62,079 bases of DNA from positions 1 to 62,079 of IMG/VR virus record IMGVR_UViG_3300012942_000049; one strand, written 5' to 3'. Made by a program: the position numbers and the translations under genes. Below are positions 58,922 through 62,079 of this stretch, in pieces. The notes under the pieces were generated by a model. It ran no database searches and was not told where the DNA came from. It saw only the letters and a list, made by a program, of their open reading frames with translations. The stretch is from a virus (taxonomy: Duplodnaviria; Caudoviricetes). Positions within the stretch are counted from its first letter, which is position 1, and every line of letters begins with the position of its first letter.

Positions 58922-61659
58922 TGGCAGATTTTCAGGCAGGCGTAGGGTCCGCTACACTTCAGCTTAGCGTTCAAGTTGCCGGCCAAAGTATTCAGGGTAA
59001 CTATTCCGTAGTTAACTGGCAACTTTACCTTATCTGTGGTAATGGTCAGTCCTGGAATGCTGATTCTACAGGATGGTCAGTCTCTATCAATGGGGCTGGT
59101 TATTCAGGTGGCTATACCTTCGACTTCAGGCATGAAACCGTTCACCTTATTGCCTCAGGTTCAACTGTTGTAGGACACAACGCTGATGGAACAAAGGTTA
59201 TCGGGGTTAGCGGTTATACTGCTTACACGGGAACTTCAGCCATTGGTGGTCCTGGTTCAGTAAGCGGTAACGTTGGTCTTCCGACCATTCCTCGAGCTTC
59301 CACACCAAGCATGTCGCCTAACCCTTGCGACTTCGGGCAGCCCATCACGATCAACACCAACCGTGCTGATGGCAGCTTTACACACACGCTTGCTTGGTCA
59401 TTCGGTACACAGTCCGGTACAATTGGTACTGGCATTGGGGCTTCTGCAACTTGGACACCACCACTCAGCCTGCTCAGTGAGATTCCTAATGCAGCCTCTG
59501 GAACTGGTACACTGACTACTACTACATATCAAGGTGGTACCTATATTGGTACAAGTTATGTAGGCTTTACTCTTAGCGCCCCCTCAAGTATTGTGCCAAC
59601 GGTCACAAGTATTGCTGACTCTGAAGCTGTAAGTTCAGTTGCTTCTCTGATTGGTGCTTATGTTCAGGGTCTATCCAGACTGACTATCGCCCTGAGCGGG
59701 GCCGTTGGAGTTTATGGTTCAACCATTGCCAGCTATAGAATCATAGTTGATAACCAGACAATTAATGCCCAGTCTGGAACTATGACTTCTCCATTCATTT
59801 CTAGTGGATCACTTACGATCACTGGTATTGTTACAGATAGTCGAGGCCGCCAAGGCACGATTACCAAGAACATTACTGTACTGGCTTATTCGCCTCCAAA
59901 GATCAATTCTGCAGTCTTCCAACGATCGCTTGTTGATGGTACTCCCGCTGATGAAGGAACCTATCTTCGTTGGGATCTAAATGCCGTCGCCAGCTCCCTC
60001 ATTGTGGGGGGTGTGGAGAAGAATGCTCTGAGCTATTCCATGAGCTATCGGGATCGAGGTTCGAGTGATCCTTTTACTCCTGACAAAGCTGTTACTCTAG
60101 CTGGAGTTACATTCAACAGCTATGATGAGTCATTGGATGGAACATTCAACATCGAGCAAGCTTATGAGGCTTTGCTTAGTATATCCGATGTTTTTGGAAA
60201 CTCCTCTCAAGTGGGTGGTACAATTGCTACTGCCCATATCTTCATGCACTGGGGAAGCAAGAGTGAGGGTCTGGGCATCGGTAAGTACTGGGAACGAGGT
60301 GCCGTTGATGTCCTCGGTACTATGTATCAGAATGATGGAGAACGAGTAGCAAGTCTTCAGGATGCACTTAGAGTCAAGACTGGAGTAATTGATCCCCTTT
60401 GGGTTTCTGGTTTGCCTTCAGTTATTCTGGATGATGGTACTGGAGTAGTTACCGATTGTACTTGGGGAAGTGATTATACTCCAGTTCCTGGGGCTTCTGT
60501 TTACCTTATTCCTAAGGGTGATCCTCGTAATAATAGCTGGGTTATTCTCGGTACCCTTTCTTCTACTGCTTCTAGTTATCTCAATCAGCTTTACCCCGTA
60601 CTAACGGGAGGACTTACCACTAGTAATTCTGGTTCAAATTACTACCCAGTATCATTCACCAAAACTCCCGATGGTATCGTAATGCTTCAGGGAGCATGTT
60701 GGAATTCATCTGGGGCAGTTTGGCCAGCAGGCAAGGTCTTCTTTACCCTGCCGGTAGGCTTTAGACCAGACTATGACCTAGTCTTCCCCATGCCTTACTA
60801 TGGAGGATATCTTTCCTCACTGACAGTTGCTGCCAATGGTGACGTATTTCCCAACCAACCATTCAGTACCGCAGACTCTCGGTATTGGGGCTTTGGTAAT
60901 GTGGCTTTCCCTGCAGCGGGAGTTGCCTCCTGGATCAATTACGACGATATTGGTTCGGGCATGGCTCTCCAGAATGGTTACACACCACTTCTTTCAACTG
61001 TTCTAGCCAGTCGCACTCTTAACTTCGGTAAGCCTCGTATCTGGGCTGACAACTATGGGTTTGTCTGGGTTCAAGGATGCATGAATACAGGTACATCTAG
61101 AGCAGATGATACTCTCATGCTTTCAGTCCCCTCTGCTTATGAGGGTCTTAATATGAACCACTGTATTGCTACAGCAAACTTCTCACAGATGGCTCTAATT
61201 GGAGCTACTGGTCAACCGGGAGGCTCAAGCGCACCTCTTGGTATTACATGGAAAACTTCCCCTGCAAGTGCTGGTTGGATTAGCCTATCATCAGTTACTG
61301 GGTATGAACTTAAAAGCGCTGCTCATACTTGGTCAGCCTTCCCCGGTTCTGGTGGGTGGAGTGCTTATGGAAGTGGTTTTACATCTCCGGGGATCATTAC
61401 TCTGCCTAATAAGATGGTTAGAGTTAGAGGTCTTCTTGCTGGTCCTGCCGGTACTTCTCAGGTGGGTATTCTTCCTGCTGGCTTCCGAGGAACTCAAGAT
61501 GCCTCCCACACCGCAGGTAATCCAAGTCTGCGAGCAGCAGTAAATAACACTGCGCTAATTGAGAATAACCCCAGTGGTGCAGTTTGGGAAACTGCAGTTT
61601 TCGCCGGTAATAATGGGTGGTTCTCCTTGGATATTCAGCAGTTTGCTCTAGGAGGATAA
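58921..61659 (+). CDS. Minor tail / receptor-binding protein
   Basis: N-terminal HNADGTK...LPTIPRAS; C-terminal LP.GFRP repeats. Confidence 0.75.
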   Translation: MADFQAGVGSATLQLSVQVAGQSIQGNYSVVNWQLYLICGNGQSWNADSTGWSVSINGAGYSGGYTFDFRHETVHLIASGSTVVGHNADGTKVIGVSGYTAYTGTSAIGGPGSVSGNVGLPTIPRASTPSMSPNPCDFGQPITINTNRADGSFTHTLAWSFGTQSGTIGTGIGASATWTPPLSLLSEIPNAASGTGTLTTTTYQGGTYIGTSYVGFTLSAPSSIVPTVTSIADSEAVSSVASLIGAYVQGLSRLTIALSGAVGVYGSTIASYRIIVDNQTINAQSGTMTSPFISSGSLTITGIVTDSRGRQGTITKNITVLAYSPPKINSAVFQRSLVDGTPADEGTYLRWDLNAVASSLIVGGVEKNALSYSMSYRDRGSSDPFTPDKAVTLAGVTFNSYDESLDGTFNIEQAYEALLSISDVFGNSSQVGGTIATAHIFMHWGSKSEGLGIGKYWERGAVDVLGTMYQNDGERVASLQDALRVKTGVIDPLWVSGLPSVILDDGTGVVTDCTWGSDYTPVPGASVYLIPKGDPRNNSWVILGTLSSTASSYLNQLYPVLTGGLTTSNSGSNYYPVSFTKTPDGIVMLQGACWNSSGAVWPAGKVFFTLPVGFRPDYDLVFPMPYYGGYLSSLTVAANGDVFPNQPFSTADSRYWGFGNVAFPAAGVASWINYDDIGSGMALQNGYTPLLSTVLASRTLNFGKPRIWADNYGFVWVQGCMNTGTSRADDTLMLSVPSAYEGLNMNHCIATANFSQMALIGATGQPGGSSAPLGITWKTSPASAGWISLSSVTGYELKSAAHTWSAFPGSGGWSAYGSGFTSPGIITLPNKMVRVRGLLAGPAGTSQVGILPAGFRGTQDASHTAGNPSLRAAVNNTALIENNPSGAVWETAVFAGNNGWFSLDIQQFALGG

Positions 61660-61664
61660 CTCTT

Positions 61665-61841
61665 ATGATACAACTAGTTACTACCCTTAACATAGACTGG
61701 GATGAAGCCGATGATCCTGCCCGCTTCATCACAAACCTCCAGGATGGTGTGCAAACTTGCGTGAACGCCATTCCTGGTGCCAGTAATGCTGTCACAGTTG
61801 CATCGATAATTAGTGGGGCTGATGATGATGCGACAGGATAA
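61665..61841 (+). CDS. Small hypothetical protein
   Basis: AGGAGG RBS before ATG 61665. Confidence 0.55.
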   Translation: MIQLVTTLNIDWDEADDPARFITNLQDGVQTCVNAIPGASNAVTVASIISGADDDATG

Positions 61842-61931
61842 TTCTGATAAGGGCTAGGAGAATCCTTAAATCGCTGTGCACCTATCAGGTCGAGTGATTG
61901 ATAAGAAGCGTAAATTGAGCGCTTAAAGACA

Positions 61932-62079
<148 letters not shown>

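Overview
This window looks like a near-complete genome of a lytic, long-tailed dsDNA phage, probably infecting Actinobacteria. That host inference rests on an LAxTG sortase substrate, many leaderless sigmaA-type promoters and an M15 endolysin. No integrase, repressor cassette, tRNA, rRNA or CRISPR array was recognised. Layout: (1) 0.2-19 kb, nucleotide metabolism and replication: SNF2 helicase, dNMP kinase, all-alpha dNTP pyrophosphatase, two thymidylate-synthase-fold genes, dCMP deaminase, PolA with a UDG-like N-terminus, Cas4/RecB-like nuclease, AAA recombinase, SSB, VRR-NUC, primase-helicase. (2) 19-33 kb, small early/accessory genes, each with its own promoter, plus a 1.4 kb non-coding block. 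(3) 33-41 kb, small terminase, JAB protease, lysis genes and two fibre/lectin-like proteins. (4) 41-62 kb, packaging, head and tail genes. Both ends run into poly-A and then low-complexity, probably artefactual, sequence. Main highlights: a promoter-driven, ORF-free, densely base-paired ~580 nt RNA candidate with pseudoknots (25971-26552) next to a G-quadruplex-like repeat block; a probable cytosine-modification pathway built on two Asp-type TS-fold paralogues; a phage-encoded sortase-anchored surface protein; and a 24-aa peptide resembling a ribonucleotide reductase C-terminal CxxC tail. All calls come from reading the sequence by eye; no database searches were run.
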